64,000 bases of DNA from Amphiscolops sp. MND2022 (Eukaryota), in the NCBI GenBank assembly GCA_964187785.1, contig OZ076409.1, positions 75,022,001 through 75,086,000 of the forward strand. The letters are read 5' to 3'. Of the stretch, positions 26,363-39,700 are shown piece after piece. The notes beneath the pieces were generated by a model. It was given only the letters and a program-made list of their open reading frames with translations. It did not search any database and had not been told where the DNA came from. A program made the translations under genes and the position numbers. Numbering within the stretch: position 1 is the stretch's first letter; each line of letters starts with the position of its first letter.

Positions 26363-28555
26363 CTAGGTGGAGGTTATTTTATAATAATTAATGTGTTTTT
26401 TTCCGGAGTTTGTGGCTTTGGAAAAAACAAAAGGCGAGAAATCGTGCACTCCGGGCTGAACCGTATACACTCAAATTTCGCCCATTTTTTATACGATCTC
26501 GAAACCCAGCCGTACGATTTTGCTCAAAATTTGCATGCGGCTACAAAATCAGATTCTAAGAACTATTTCCTGGTGACATTTTTTTGAAATTTTTGTGTAC
26601 GTTTCCCCCCCGCCCCCTAAAGGGGTCACTTTTCCCCACTTTTGCACTTATGAGTCAAATTCTCAAAACTGGTGGATCTGAGCGTATTCCTGGCGGGGAC
26701 AACTTTTAACAAGCGCTCCTCAGTCGACCTTTTTGACTTTTTACTTTGGTGGTACGTTCACCCCCCGAGGAGGAAATTGCGTTTTTGTGACTTCCGGTCG
26801 AGGCTTTTTTCACCCAAAAATTAGAATTAAGCCAGTTTTGAGCAGGAAGGAGTGGATTTAAAGTGCCTGTACCCTGCTAAAAATTTGTTGGGCTTGTAGC
26901 GATATATCTCATACCAAGTCTGGTTTTCACCCCCAAACCCCCCTTGAGACCAAAATTCACCCAAAGTTTTTTACCTCTGTTTGTAGTTTTTTTACCGAAT
27001 ATCGTCATTTCCATGGGTACGGAGTTGAATTAGGGGCTCCTAATAGGGTACCGATGTTCAAGTACACTTGCAGTGCAACTGAGTGACCCTTTTTGGGCCT
27101 CTCCTGTGTTCGGCAAGGACCGGAAGTGGTGTAACCCCCCCTTTTTTGACGTTTGTTGACCTTGAGACTCGCGCTTAGATGACGTTTATGTCGCGCAAAT
27201 CCTACAAACAAGTATTAGGATGTCATGCTAGCCAACTAGAGAGCAGTAAGGGAAACAATAATATACCGGAAGTAACCCCCCGTGACCGGAAGTTGTCATT
27301 TTTGACCGGAAATGGTCCAAAACCTAGCGTTAAAGCAGTTTTTCATTGCTTTTAAAGTCAACTTCTTACATTTTTCAATCTGCGCGAGCTTTTCTTCAGG
27401 TTCGTTTTTGTTGCCGGTGCACAGCAACGAATATACAACTGTAAAATTTTCGCTATAAAATCGTCGGAGAGAGAAATAACGGAATATTTGGAGTTTTTTT
27501 CGAAAATATTAGTCTATATCTGTCATTTTTACCCAATGTTATTCAACAGTAGAACCACAGGTTTTATTCTCTGCCCAAAAATATGCCTAACAAATTCACC
27601 TGTCCCTTTGGTTGCAGTTTGAGCATTCTAGCTTTTTCTGGTCACAAGTAAGGGGACTTGAAAAAGTTTCAAAAATTTTTCCGAAAAATTTTTCTAAACG
27701 TCATGTCTCCCAAAGTTAAGAAACTTCCGCACAACTAGGATTACAAGTGAATGCACGTGGTAAGACCTCTAATTGGAGAGAAAAATTCAGTTTAGAACGT
27801 CTCTTTATCGTAACGTGACGTTAAGAGAAGTTGCTTTGAATGCGAGCTTGATGAGACGTCGAGAAGTAACAGTGTGTAAATGGAACCTATGTCTCGACAA
27901 ATACTCATCGGAATACATGAGATGAACCCCAATTACCCTCAATTTCAGTTGCCTAGTACAACAACGTCTTCCAAGGACCCTTTAATCTTTTTGATAAGCG
28001 TTGAAGTCATCAATAGATTGAGTTCGCAAGAAACAATTGAGTACATTCTCATCTCTCCCCATCGGGTGAGATGAGAATGTTTTTGCTGAAAGCCAGGTAC
28101 TACGGCCCAATTTTGTTTCATTGCGACGCATTCTGTGCTTTAGCACATAGATACTTTTATTCCGTCTCACTTTTTGTATACACTCTGATTTGTTGTTATG
28201 AATTTCTCGTCATTACTTTACATAAACTAATTACCATAAAACTTTAACGTCAAAGCCACATTCATTTAGACACCCACCATTCCGTAGGTATGCCGAGGTA
28301 TGCCATTCGAAGATGTAGGTCAAACGCAAATGCGATAAAAATAGTGCTGAAAATCGGAAACAGTGACAAACAATTTTGACTTTTTGATATTTGTTAGGTT
28401 TTCATATGGAACTTACACATCACTGACAATTCAAAACATTCCAGCTGACGCTCACATACAAACATCAACGCCCACCGTCTGTGGGCATGCCGAGGCATGC
28501 CCTTCGACGACGTATAGCAAATTCCTTTAATATCTACACCCAATTGCGGTAGCTG
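26363..28555 (+). repeat. Long monomer class Y (2193 bp), copy 1
   Basis: Begins CTAGGTGGAGGTTATTTTATAATAATT. Contains the CCGGAA triad at 27265-27313, H2 at 28039, a decayed H1 at 28286 and an intact H1 at 28483. Confidence 0.92.
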
Positions 28556-29943
28556 CTAGGTGGTTGGGGCGGTCCCCAGAACGCACAAGGAGGCGCGGGG
28601 AGGGTCCTGCGCCGACGTAGAATAATTTCATATAATACTAGTATCCTACATGGGTGTTTTAGAGGCGATTTTGGAATCTAACCGTAGGATTTGGATAATT
28701 TTTTGCATGCGGCCTTAACTCGAAATTCTAAGAACTTTTTCCTACTGTCATTTTCACCTTAAATTGTTTTTTGTTGACTTATGGCCAAAAAACCGGAAAT
28801 AACGTCCTTTTTAGACGTTATATCCGAAGTGTCGTCATAACTTTTTTCCAGGGCATGCTAGCGTTCTCGTTCACTTTTACACTTAATTGCAGCATCTCAA
28901 AATACAACTGGTGGAAAATTTTGGTTGCATTCGGATCACCCCCCACCGAGATAGAAGGGTTCCCCCCTCCAGTTTTACCCCCCAAATTTGCCTAAAAGCC
29001 AATTTTGAGCATGAAGCCGAGGGTTTAGCGTACCCGCACCCTGCTGATGTTTTGTTGTACGTTTTGAGGTCAATCTGACGACATGTGTGGTTTTCACCCC
29101 CAACCCCCCTCTGGGACCGGAAATGACACTTTTTTGTGTTTTTCGGCAGAATTTAGCCTTTTTCATTATTAGGCAGTCGTTTTAGGGACTCGTAGCAGGA
29201 TATCGAAAGTGAAATACAACCTTATCACAACCCAGTGACAACATGTTGGCCACTTGGAGGTATCATCATGACCGGAAGTGGGGTCAACCCCCCTTTTTGT
29301 GACCGCTTTTTGACCTTGTGCACCAAAATGCCAACAACTTGAGGCCTAATGACGCATTCAAATCTGTACAAAGATAGAATGTTAGACAACCGAAGTCCCG
29401 GAAGATCTTTAGCATATACCGGAAGTTACCCCCCATGACCGGAAGTTACCCAATGTGACCGGAAATGGTCCAAAAATTAATGTAAAGTTAATTTTTTCAC
29501 CATTTCAAGACCACTTCGTTGAACATTTTCATTCCCAAAACTAGCGTACTGGCTTGTTTTGCTGAAATTATGGAAATTGATGAGCTCTATCACCCCCGAT
29601 AGCCTTCGAAGTTGACCTTGCGTCAACTTTGGAGGCTATCGATTCTGAAAATGAACAACAGAGTTCATTGTTGCTCTTGTTTTTTTCCGTTGTTTTTCCT
29701 CAAACATTCTTGAGACATATACATGGCCGTTAGTTGAAATCAATATTTAGCCCATGTTATAGCTGGAGCAGCGAAGCGTTACACAGACTAGTGTGGTTTT
29801 GAAATTACATTATTTGAATTAACAACTGACCGTCTTAGTCAACTCCACACATTCATACCAACGCCCACCGTCTGTGGGCATGCCGAGGCATGCCCTTCGA
29901 CGACGTATGACGAATCCACTCCAACGACACCCGCAGTCCTCAG
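28556..29943 (+). repeat. Variant monomer class X (1388 bp), copy 2
   Basis: Near-identical to 23702-25090 by direct comparison; the same spurious ORF (MLTYG..TGNNVLF) recurs. Confidence 0.93.
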
Positions 29944-32319
29944 CTAGGTGGTCGGGGTGTGTTTCCCAGCCGATTTTGCCGCGCGGGGAGGGACCCGTTC
30001 AGCGGCCCAGGTCATTATTTTTTTACATTAAAAAAAACGATACCCCGGAAAGCGATTTCGAAACCCACCCGTAGGATCCCTCTGAATTTTTGCATACACC
30101 TCCGTATAACAGTTCTAAGAAAAAGTCAGCAAGGGCGTTTTCAGTTCTAAACGGGGAATGTTGACCAAAAAGCGCAATTTATGTCCAAAAAAATGCAATT
30201 TTTCGACTTTTTTATTTTTGACGGCCCATAGCTCTTTTCCAGATGCCCGCCCAAGTCATAAACCGGAGAAAATTTTTGTTGGGCACTTCGTGAAGAATCG
30301 TTAGGGTGATTTTCGTTTCAATCGTATTTCCTGACGTTGACTTATAGTTGGGTGAAAAAACGCAACATTTGTTACAAAAAGTGCTTTTGGTACTCAAGGG
30401 CCCATAACTCGTGACATAATCAACTGAGCAAGTTCGTGTATAATTACAATTTTGTTGCCTATCTATAGGAGAACAAACAAGCAGAAACAAAATTTTCTGT
30501 GGGAAATCGTCAAAAAAAGATATCACAGGTTTTATACTCAATAAAACAGTGTGTTTCGGTTATCGTGGAAAAAATGTAAAATGGTGGCATTTTTCGGCTG
30601 TTCAAGGTAGCGGGTATTTTATTGCAGTTATTAACTCACCTCTAGTAGTCATTTACTTGGATGATTTTCACTTTTGATAAATTGCATGATAAACTTCATT
30701 TTTTGCGTCACCAATATTGACACCCACGATTACGGTCAAATTTTTCGCGTTCACGTGTTTAAATGGATATAACTTTTTTCCAGTGTGTTTTACGGTTCTC
30801 ACACAGGAGTGCAAAATTGTTGCCCGTCTTAAATAGAAAGTATATGGTGAGTTTAGAGTAATTTGAAAAGTTTTTGAAATGTCCAGAGATGCACAAATTT
30901 ACAGTTTTTTTGCCCACAAAACACTATTTTATGAAACCCAACACTTTTTGCCAAAAAAGTCAAACTTCGTCCACACAACTTAGATTGCAAGTGGATGCAT
31001 GCGAAGAGTACTTGAAATGATGAGAAAAATGAGCTATAGAACGCTCCTTTACGACAACTTGACGTGGACTTAGGATAATTTGAAAAATCACGAAAAAAAA
31101 GAACAACGGTTCCAAAACAATCAGTTTGTAGTTAATGGCCAATAACTCCATACAGAACCCTCCGCGCAAGCTAGTGTCCAAGTACGTTTTTGTTACCCGT
31201 GGACAGTGCAACAAATAAGTAAAAGTAAAACTTTATGTAGAGTATCGTCGGAGATAGAAATAACGGGACTTTATATCACATTTAAGAGACAAAATTGAAA
31301 AATTAGTCTATTCCTGGCATTTTACCTAAACTTTTTCGACAGTACACATACAGGAGGTAAAATTGGCCCAATATCATGCCTAACAAAACTATGTGATCCA
31401 TTGGCCGCAATTTGAGCGTTCCACCTTTCCCCAGTCATAAATTATGGGACTTCGAAAATTTTCAAAATTTCCATTTTTCAACAAAATTCCAAATTCAGGC
31501 CTCCCAAAGGTAAGAAAGTTCCACACAACTAGGATTGCAAGTGGTTGCATGTGGAAAGTACTCGAACCGACAAGAAAAATGGGCTTCAGAACGTCTCTCT
31601 ATCGTAACCTGACGTTGACTTATGATGTTTTGAATGTGAGATTGCTACGTGGTCGAGAAATGTAAGTGGAACATATGTCTCGTCGAAAACTCATCGGAAT
31701 ACATTCAATGAACCCCAATCACCCTAATTGCAGTTTCTTAGTGCAACAACGTCTGTCAAGGACATTTTTTGATAAGGGTCGAAATTATTATTAAATGCAG
31801 TTAGCAAGAGACACTTGAGTACATTCTCATCTCTCCCCATCGGGGGAGATGAGAATGTACTTGCTAAAACGGTCTTTTTGTTCCCATGCCAGGCGTTCTG
31901 TGCTTTGGCACATAAATACCTTTGTTTCGTCTGACGTTTCGGATAAACGGTGACTTTTCATTAAATTTCCCGTCATTACTTTACGTAACATAATCTTTCT
32001 ACCATTCACCTTTAACTTCAAAGCCACATGAATTTAGACTCCTATCGTCGAAAAACATACCGCGGCATCTTTTTCGACGACGTATGTCGAAACACAAACG
32101 CGAACAAAAGTGCTGAATTTCAGAAACAGTGACAAACAATTTTGACTGTTTGACATAACATTTGGTAGGTTCTTATATGGAACTTACACATCACTGATAT
32201 TTCACAACATTCCAGCTGACGCCCACATACCAACATGAACGCCCACCGTCCGTGGGCATGCCGAGGCATGCCCTTCGACGACGTATGGCAAATACTTTTA
32301 GCGACGCCCCCGCCCACCT
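29944..32319 (+). repeat. Long monomer class Z (2376 bp), single copy in the window
   Basis: Unique 5' and central sequence, two copies of the CCACACAACT..GATTGCAAGTGG block (near 30971 and 31521), H2 at 31817, a decayed H1 near 32045-32080 and an intact H1 at 32254. Confidence 0.88.
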
Positions 32320-33707
32320 CTAGGTGGTTGGGGCGGTCCCCAGAGCGCACAAGGAGGCGCGGGGAGGGTCCTGCGCCGACGTAGAATAATTTCATATAAT
32401 ACTAGTATCCTACATGGGTGTTTTAGAGGCGATTTTGGAATCTAACCGTAGGATTTGAATAATTTTTTGCATGCGGCCATAACTCGAAATTCTAAGAACT
32501 TTTTCCTACTGTCATTTTCCCCGCAAATTGTTTTTTGTTGACTTATGGCCGAAAAACCGGAAATAACGTCCTTTTTAGACGTTATATCCGAAGTGTCGTC
32601 ATAACTTTTTTCCAGGGCATGCTAGCGTTCTCGTTCACTTTTACACTTAGTTGCAGCATCTCAAAATACAACTGGTGGAAAATTTTGGTTGCATTCGGAT
32701 CACCCCCCACCGAGATAGAAGGGTTCCCCCCTCCAGTTTTACCCCCCAAATTTGCAAAATAGCCAATTTTGAGCATGAAGCCGAGGATTTAGCGTACCCG
32801 CACCCTCCTGATGTTTTGTTGTACGTATTGGGGTCAATCTGACGACATGTGTGGTTTTCACCCCCAACCCCCCCTTGGACCGGAAATGACACTTTTTTGT
32901 GTTTTTTGGCAGAATTTAGCCTTTTTCATTATTAGGCAGTCGTTTTAGGGACTCCTAGCAGGATATCGAAATTGAAATACAACCTGATCACACTCCAGTG
33001 ACAACATGTTGGCCACTTGGAGGTATCATCATGACCGGAAGTGGGGTCAACCCCCCTTTTTGTGACCGCTTTTTGACCTTGTGCACCAAAATGCCAACAA
33101 CTTGAGGCCTAATGACGCATTCAAATCTGTACAAAGATAGAATGTTAGACAACTGAAGTCCCGGAAGATCTTAGCATATAGCCGGAAGTTACCCCCCATG
33201 ACCGGAAGTTACCCAATGTGACCGGAAATGGTCCAAAAATTAATGAAAAGTTGAATTTTTCACTATTTCAAGAGCACTTCATTGAACATTTTCAATCGCA
33301 AAACTAGCGTATTGGCTTGTTTTGCTGAATTTATGGAAATTGATGAGCCCTATCACCCCCGATAGCCTTCGAAGTTGACCTTGCGTCAACTTTGGAGGCT
33401 ATCGATACTGAAAATGAACAACAAAGTACATTGTTGCTCTCGGTTTTTTCCCGTTGTTTTTCCTCAAACATTCTTGAGACATTAACATGGCCGTTAGTTG
33501 AAATCAATATTTAGCCCATGTTATAGCTGGACCAGCGAAGCGTTACACAGACTAGTGTGGTTTTGAAATTACATTATTTAAATTAACAACAGATCGTTTT
33601 AGTCAACTCCACACATTCATACCAACGCCCACCGTCTGTGGGCATGCCGAGGCATGCCCTTCGACGACGTATGACGAATCCACTCCAACGACACCCGCAG
33701 TCCTCAG
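32320..33707 (+). repeat. Variant monomer class X (1388 bp), copy 3
   Basis: Near-identical to 23702-25090. Confidence 0.93.
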
Positions 33708-36700
33708 CTAGGTGGCCGGGAATTTTTTTTTCCACATAAATCTTTGCCGCTGGGGGAGGGGCCCCTTGCGGCTGCTGTTCGGTTTACTTCCCATAGGATT
33801 TGCCCGCTGCGGAGACCATCTCAGAAACTAGCCATACGATTTGGCTCAAACTTGGCACAGAGCCTCCTTGAAAGATTATAAGAACTTTTTCCTAGTGGCG
33901 TTTTTCGATTGAAATATTTTATGTTGACCAAAATTGCGTTCAAAGTGTCCATTGTTGCGTAATTTTTGTCTTTTTCAACTTTGATGGTCCATAACTTTTT
34001 TTGAGATGCCCGGAGCGGGTCGCACGTGATGAACAATATTGCTGGGCACTTCAAGAGCTGTCCGTAGACAAATTTTCGTCCAGATTGGAAAAAAATTGAT
34101 GGAGTAATAGCCGCAAATCGCACACATTTTGTCGAATTTTTTCGGGACCCTAGTCTATCTCTGCCGTTTTTTGCCCAGATTTTTTTCCAGGACCTCTCCT
34201 AAAGGCCTCCCCTGGCCGGTTTACTTCCCAGAAAAACCATTTGGCCCTAAATACAGAGTTTCAGCATTCCAGTATTCCCCGGGTAAAAGATAAATGACTT
34301 AGAATTTTTTTCGAAAAATTTTCAAATTTTTTTTTTCAACTTCAGGCCTCCCAAAGTCAGGAAACTTCCACACAACTAGTATTGCAAGTGAATGCATGTG
34401 GAAAGTGCTTGAATAGACAAGAAAAATGAGCTATTATACGACTCTGTAGCTTAACCTGACGTTGACTTATGACAATTTTAGTAAGAGCTTCCTATGTGAG
34501 AAAAAATTTCAAAAAGTGAAAATTGAATCTAAGTCTCATCCAAAACTCATCGGAATACGTTCAATTCACACCAGAGCGGTTCAATTCCAGTTGTATAGTG
34601 CAGCAACACCATTCAAGGTCTTTTGGTCCATTTTTATAACTTTTGACACCGTCTTGTTCATCCGATAGCACAAAACAGTTGAGTACATTCCATCTCCCCC
34701 CTTGTGGGGGAGATGAGAATGTAATCGCTAAAAGTCAGGTACTATAGCGCCCATTTTGTTTTATTCGACGTTAGTGATGCTATTGCACACGAATACAATA
34801 GTTTTGTCAAATCATGTTTGACATGATGAATCTTACTTTACCTTTAGTTTACGTTTACCTACTACTACAACATCGCAGCCCTAACGTCAACGCCACACAC
34901 TCTCACTAACGCCCACTGTCCGTGGGCATGCCGAGGCATGCCCTTCGACGACGTATGCCAAATAGCGCCACAGGGCGCAAACTTGTCCGCTAGGTGCCGG
35001 GATTTCCATTCGATAAGGAATTCTGCGCGTGTGGGTAGGGCCCCTGGCGCGCTCCTGTGTTTTCGGTTTTCCTACTCCTAAATAGGCCCCCTGAATTCCG
35101 GGATCTCCTAAACTAGCCGTACGATTTGGCTGAAATTTGGCACACGTACCCCCCTCGGCACGGTGAAGATGATTCCCTACTGACGTTTTGCTCGCTAAAC
35201 ATTTTTTGTTGACCAAAATAACGGTTTTTGGGGTAAAATTTTCAACTTTTTTTAAATTTCATCTTATATCTCGCCACGGGTGCACGCTAGCGCTTCCAAA
35301 CCTTGCTAACGAAAGTTTGCAAACTGTCTCAGGAATGCTGTGTGAAATTTTCAGCTCAATCGGACTCAAACTCGAGGAGATATAGCGTTTTTCCGGAGCG
35401 GGGGGGTTTCATTTTTCTAACGGTCCAGCTTATCTTTGCCATTTTTTCAAAAATGCACTCGCCTAAAGGCCTCCCCTGGCCGGTTTTATTCCCAGCAAAA
35501 CCATTTGGCCCTAAATACGGAGTTTCAGCGTTCCAGCATTTCCGGGCGAAAAGTTGTGGGACTTAGAAATTTTCAAAAATTTTCAAAAATTTTTTTTTCC
35601 GTTATTTGGGCCCCCAAAGTGGGGGAAAAGACCCCCCAACCAGTGAAGCAAGTGAATGCATGTGCAAAGCCCTTGTTTAGAGGAGAAAAATGCCGTTTAG
35701 AACGTCTTTTTATCTTGGCTCAACGTTGACTTATGACGTTTTGAAGGTGATGTTTGGAGGTGTAAAGCACGTGAATAGTAAACGTTATGAGTATTTATCT
35801 GATCTGAAAGCCATTGAGATGCAATATGGTTTGCTCAAAACGTAATTCATGGCAGTTTGGCAATCAATCAACACCCTTTGTTGTCGTTTGACATACTTTT
35901 TTGTTGTTATAATAAAAAAATTTTGTGTATTTATTCATTTTTTTCTCATCAAATAACTTGAAACAGTTGAGTACATTCCATCCCCCCTTTCCGGGGGAGA
36001 TGAGAATGTACTCGCAAAAAGCACCGAACTACGGCCCTTACCTTCCCGAGCTACGCAGTATAAGGATTACATATTGGTTCCGACATTTTCATAGAGTTAA
36101 ATCTTGGTAATCTGTCTGGATATGCAGAAAAATCAGCACGTGCCTTTTAATACCAAGTTGCTCACAACGACAATTATTTTATATCAACGCCCCCATATTT
36201 ATCAACGCCCCCCGTCCGTGGGCATGCCGAGGCATGCCCTTCGACGATGTATACCAAGATATGCGTTAACGCGTTAGCCTAGGTGCCGGGATTTCTATTC
36301 GATAAAGTATGTGGCGCGCCTTGGGTAGGGTCCCTTGCGCGCTTTTGGGTATGGTGTTCACCAGCTAGGAAATAGGGGTCGATTTTTCGGGATCTCCTAA
36401 ACTAGCCACACGATTTGGCTGAAGTTTGGCACACGTACTCCCCTCGGCACGGTGAAGATGATTTCCCTCTGACGTTTTTCCCGCAAAATTTTTTTTGTTG
36501 TCCAAAATAACGGTTTTTGGGGTAAAATTTTGATTTTTTTTTAAATTTCATCTTATATCTCGCCACCGGTTCACGCTAGCGCTTCAACACCCTGCTAAAG
36601 AAAGCTTGCAAACTGTCTCAGGAATGCTGTGTGAAAATTTCAGCTCAATCGGACTTAAACTCAGGGAGATATAGCGTTTTTCCGGAGCGGGGGGGTTTCA

Positions 36701-39700
36701 TTTTTCTAACGGTCCAGCTTATCTTAGCCATTTTTTCGAAAATGTACTCGCCTAAAGACCTCCCCTGGCCGGTTTTATTCCCAGCAAAACCATTTGGCCC
36801 TAAATACGGAGTTTCAGCGTTCCAGCATTCCCGGGCGAAAAGTTGTGGGACTTAGAAAAATTCAAAAATTTTCAAAAATTTTTTTTCCGTTTTCCGCCCT
36901 CCCCCCCTAGGGGAAAAGACCCCCCAACCAGTAATTTGAGTGAATTCATGTGGAAAGGCCATGTTTAGAGGAGAAAAATACCGTTTAGATCGTCTTTTTA
37001 TCTTTATTCAACGTTGACTTATGACGTTTTGAAGGTGATGTTTGGAGGTGTGAAGCACGTGAAAAGTAAACGTTATGAGTATTTATCTGATCTGAAAGCC
37101 ATTGAGATGCAACCTGTGTTGCTCAAAACGTAATTCATATCAGTTTGGTAGTCAATCAACACCCTTTGTTGTCATTTGACATCTTTTTTTGTTGATATAA
37201 GAAAAAATTTCGTGTATTTATTCATTTTTTTCTCATCAAATAACTTGAAACAGTTGAGTACATTCCATCCCCCCTTCACGGGGGAGATGAGAATGTACTC
37301 GCAAAAAGCCCCAAACTACGGCCCTTACCTTCCTGAGCTACGCAGTATAAAGATTGCATATTGGTTCCGACATTTTGATAGAGTTATATCTTGGTAATCT
37401 GTCTGGGTATGCAGAAAAACCAGCACGTGCTTTTTTATACCAAGTTGCTCACAACGACATTTATTTTATATCAACGCCCCCATATTTATCAACGCCCCCC
37501 GTCCGTGGGCATGCCGAGGCATGCCCTTCGACGACGTATACCAAGATATGTTCGAGCGCGTTAGCCTAGGTGCCGGGATTTCTATTCGATAAAGTATGTG
37601 GCGCGCCTTGGGTAGGGTCCCTTGCGCGCTCTTGGGTATGGTGTTCACCAGCTAGGAAATAGGGGTCGATTTTTCGGGATCTCCTAAACTAGCCACACGA
37701 TTTGGCTGAAATTTGGCACACGTACTCCCCTCGGCACGGTGAAGATGATTTCCTACTGACGTTTTTCCCGCAAAATTTTTTTTGTTGTCCAAAATAACGG
37801 TTTTTGGGGTAAAATTTTGAACTTTTTTTAAATTTCATCTTATATCTCGCCACGGGTTTACGCTAGCGCTTCAAAACCCTGCTAAAGAAAGCTTGCAAAC
37901 TGTCTCAGGAATGCGGTGTGAAATTTTCAGCTCAATCGGACTTAAACTCTGGGAGATATAGCGTTTTTCCGGAGCGGGGGGGTTTCATTTTTCTAACGGT
38001 CCAGCTTATCTTAGCCATTTTTTCGAAAATGTACTCGCCTAAAGACCTCCCCTGGCCGGTTTTATTCCCAGCAAAACCATTTGGCCCTAAATACGGAGTT
38101 TCAGCGTTCCAGCATTCCCGGGCGAAAAGTTGTGGGACTTAGAAAATTTCAAAAATTTTCAAAAAATTTTTTTTCCGTTTTCCGCCCTCCCCCCCTAGGG
38201 GAAAAGACCCCCCAACCAGTAATTTGAGTGAATTCATGTGGAAAGGCCATGTTTAGAGGAGAAAAATCCCGTTTAAATCGTCTTTTTATCTTTATTCAAC
38301 GTTGACTTATGACGTTTTGAAGGTGATGTTTGGAGGTGTGAAGCACGTGAAAAGTAAACGTTATGAGTATTTATCTGATCTGAAAGCCATTGAGATGCAA
38401 CCTGTTTTGCTCAAAACGTAATTCATATCAGTTTGGTAGTCAATCAACACCCTTTGTTGTCATTTGACATCTTTTTTTGTTGATATAAGAAAAAATTTCG
38501 TGTATTTATTCATTTTTTTATCATCAAATAACTTGAAACAGTTGAGTACATTCCATCCCCCCTTCACGGGGGAGATGAGAATGTACTCGCAAAAAGCCCC
38601 GAACTACGGCCCTTACCTTCCTGAGCTACGCAGTATAAAGATTGCATATTGGTTCCGACATTTTGATAGAGTTATATCTTGGTAATCTGTCTGGGTATGC
38701 AGAAAAACCAGCACGTGCTTTTTTATACCAAGTTGCTCACAACGACATTTATTTTATATCAACGCCCCCATATTTATCAACGCCCCCCGTCCGTGGGCAT
38801 GCCGAGGCATGCCCTTCGACGACGTATACCAAGATATGTTCGAGCGCGTTAGCCTAGGTGCCCGGATTTCTATTCATTAAAGTATGTTGCGCGTGTGGGT
38901 AGGGCCCCTGGCGCGCTCTTGTGTCCCTGTTCTCATAACTGCAATTTCCGGCAGCATTCTGAGCGATTTTCTAAACTATCCATACGATTCGGCTGAAATT
39001 TGGCATGTGAGTTCCTATGACAGTTCTAAGAAACATTTCCTACTGGCGTTTTGCCCGGAAAATTTTTTTTGTTGACTTATAACGGTTTTTTTGGCCAAAA
39101 AATGCAATTTTTTCAAAAAATTTTTTTTTCGGAGTCCATATCTTTTTTCAGGGTGCCCGGAGCGGGACGCGTTAAACTGATTATAAACTCTACGGTTCAT
39201 GGGCTTTACGGAGAACCTAGGCTCGTTTCGATCGGACAAATAGTCTTGGAGATATAACGGCATTTTTTGGGAATTTTTTGGAAATTTTTCTAACGGTCCA
39301 GCTTATCTTTGCCATTTTTTCGAAAATGTACTCGCCTAAAGGCCTCCCCTGGCCGGTTTTAATCCCAGCAAAACCATTTGGCCCTAAATACGGAGTTTCA
39401 GCGTTCCAGCATTCCCGGGCGAAAAGTTGTGGGACTTAGAAAATTTCAAAAATTTTCAAATTTTTTTTTTCGGTTTTCCACCCTCCCCCCCGAGGGGAAA
39501 AGACCCCCCAACCAGTAATTTGAGTGAATTCATGTGGAAAGGCCATGTTTAGAGGAGAAAAATCCCGTTTAGATCGTCTTTTTATTTTAACCTGTCGTTG
39601 ACTTATGTTGTTTTGAAGGTGATGTTTGGATGTGTGAAGCATGTGAAAAGGTAATTTATTGTGTCTTTAGCTCTTCTAAAAGTCATTGAGATACACGGTG

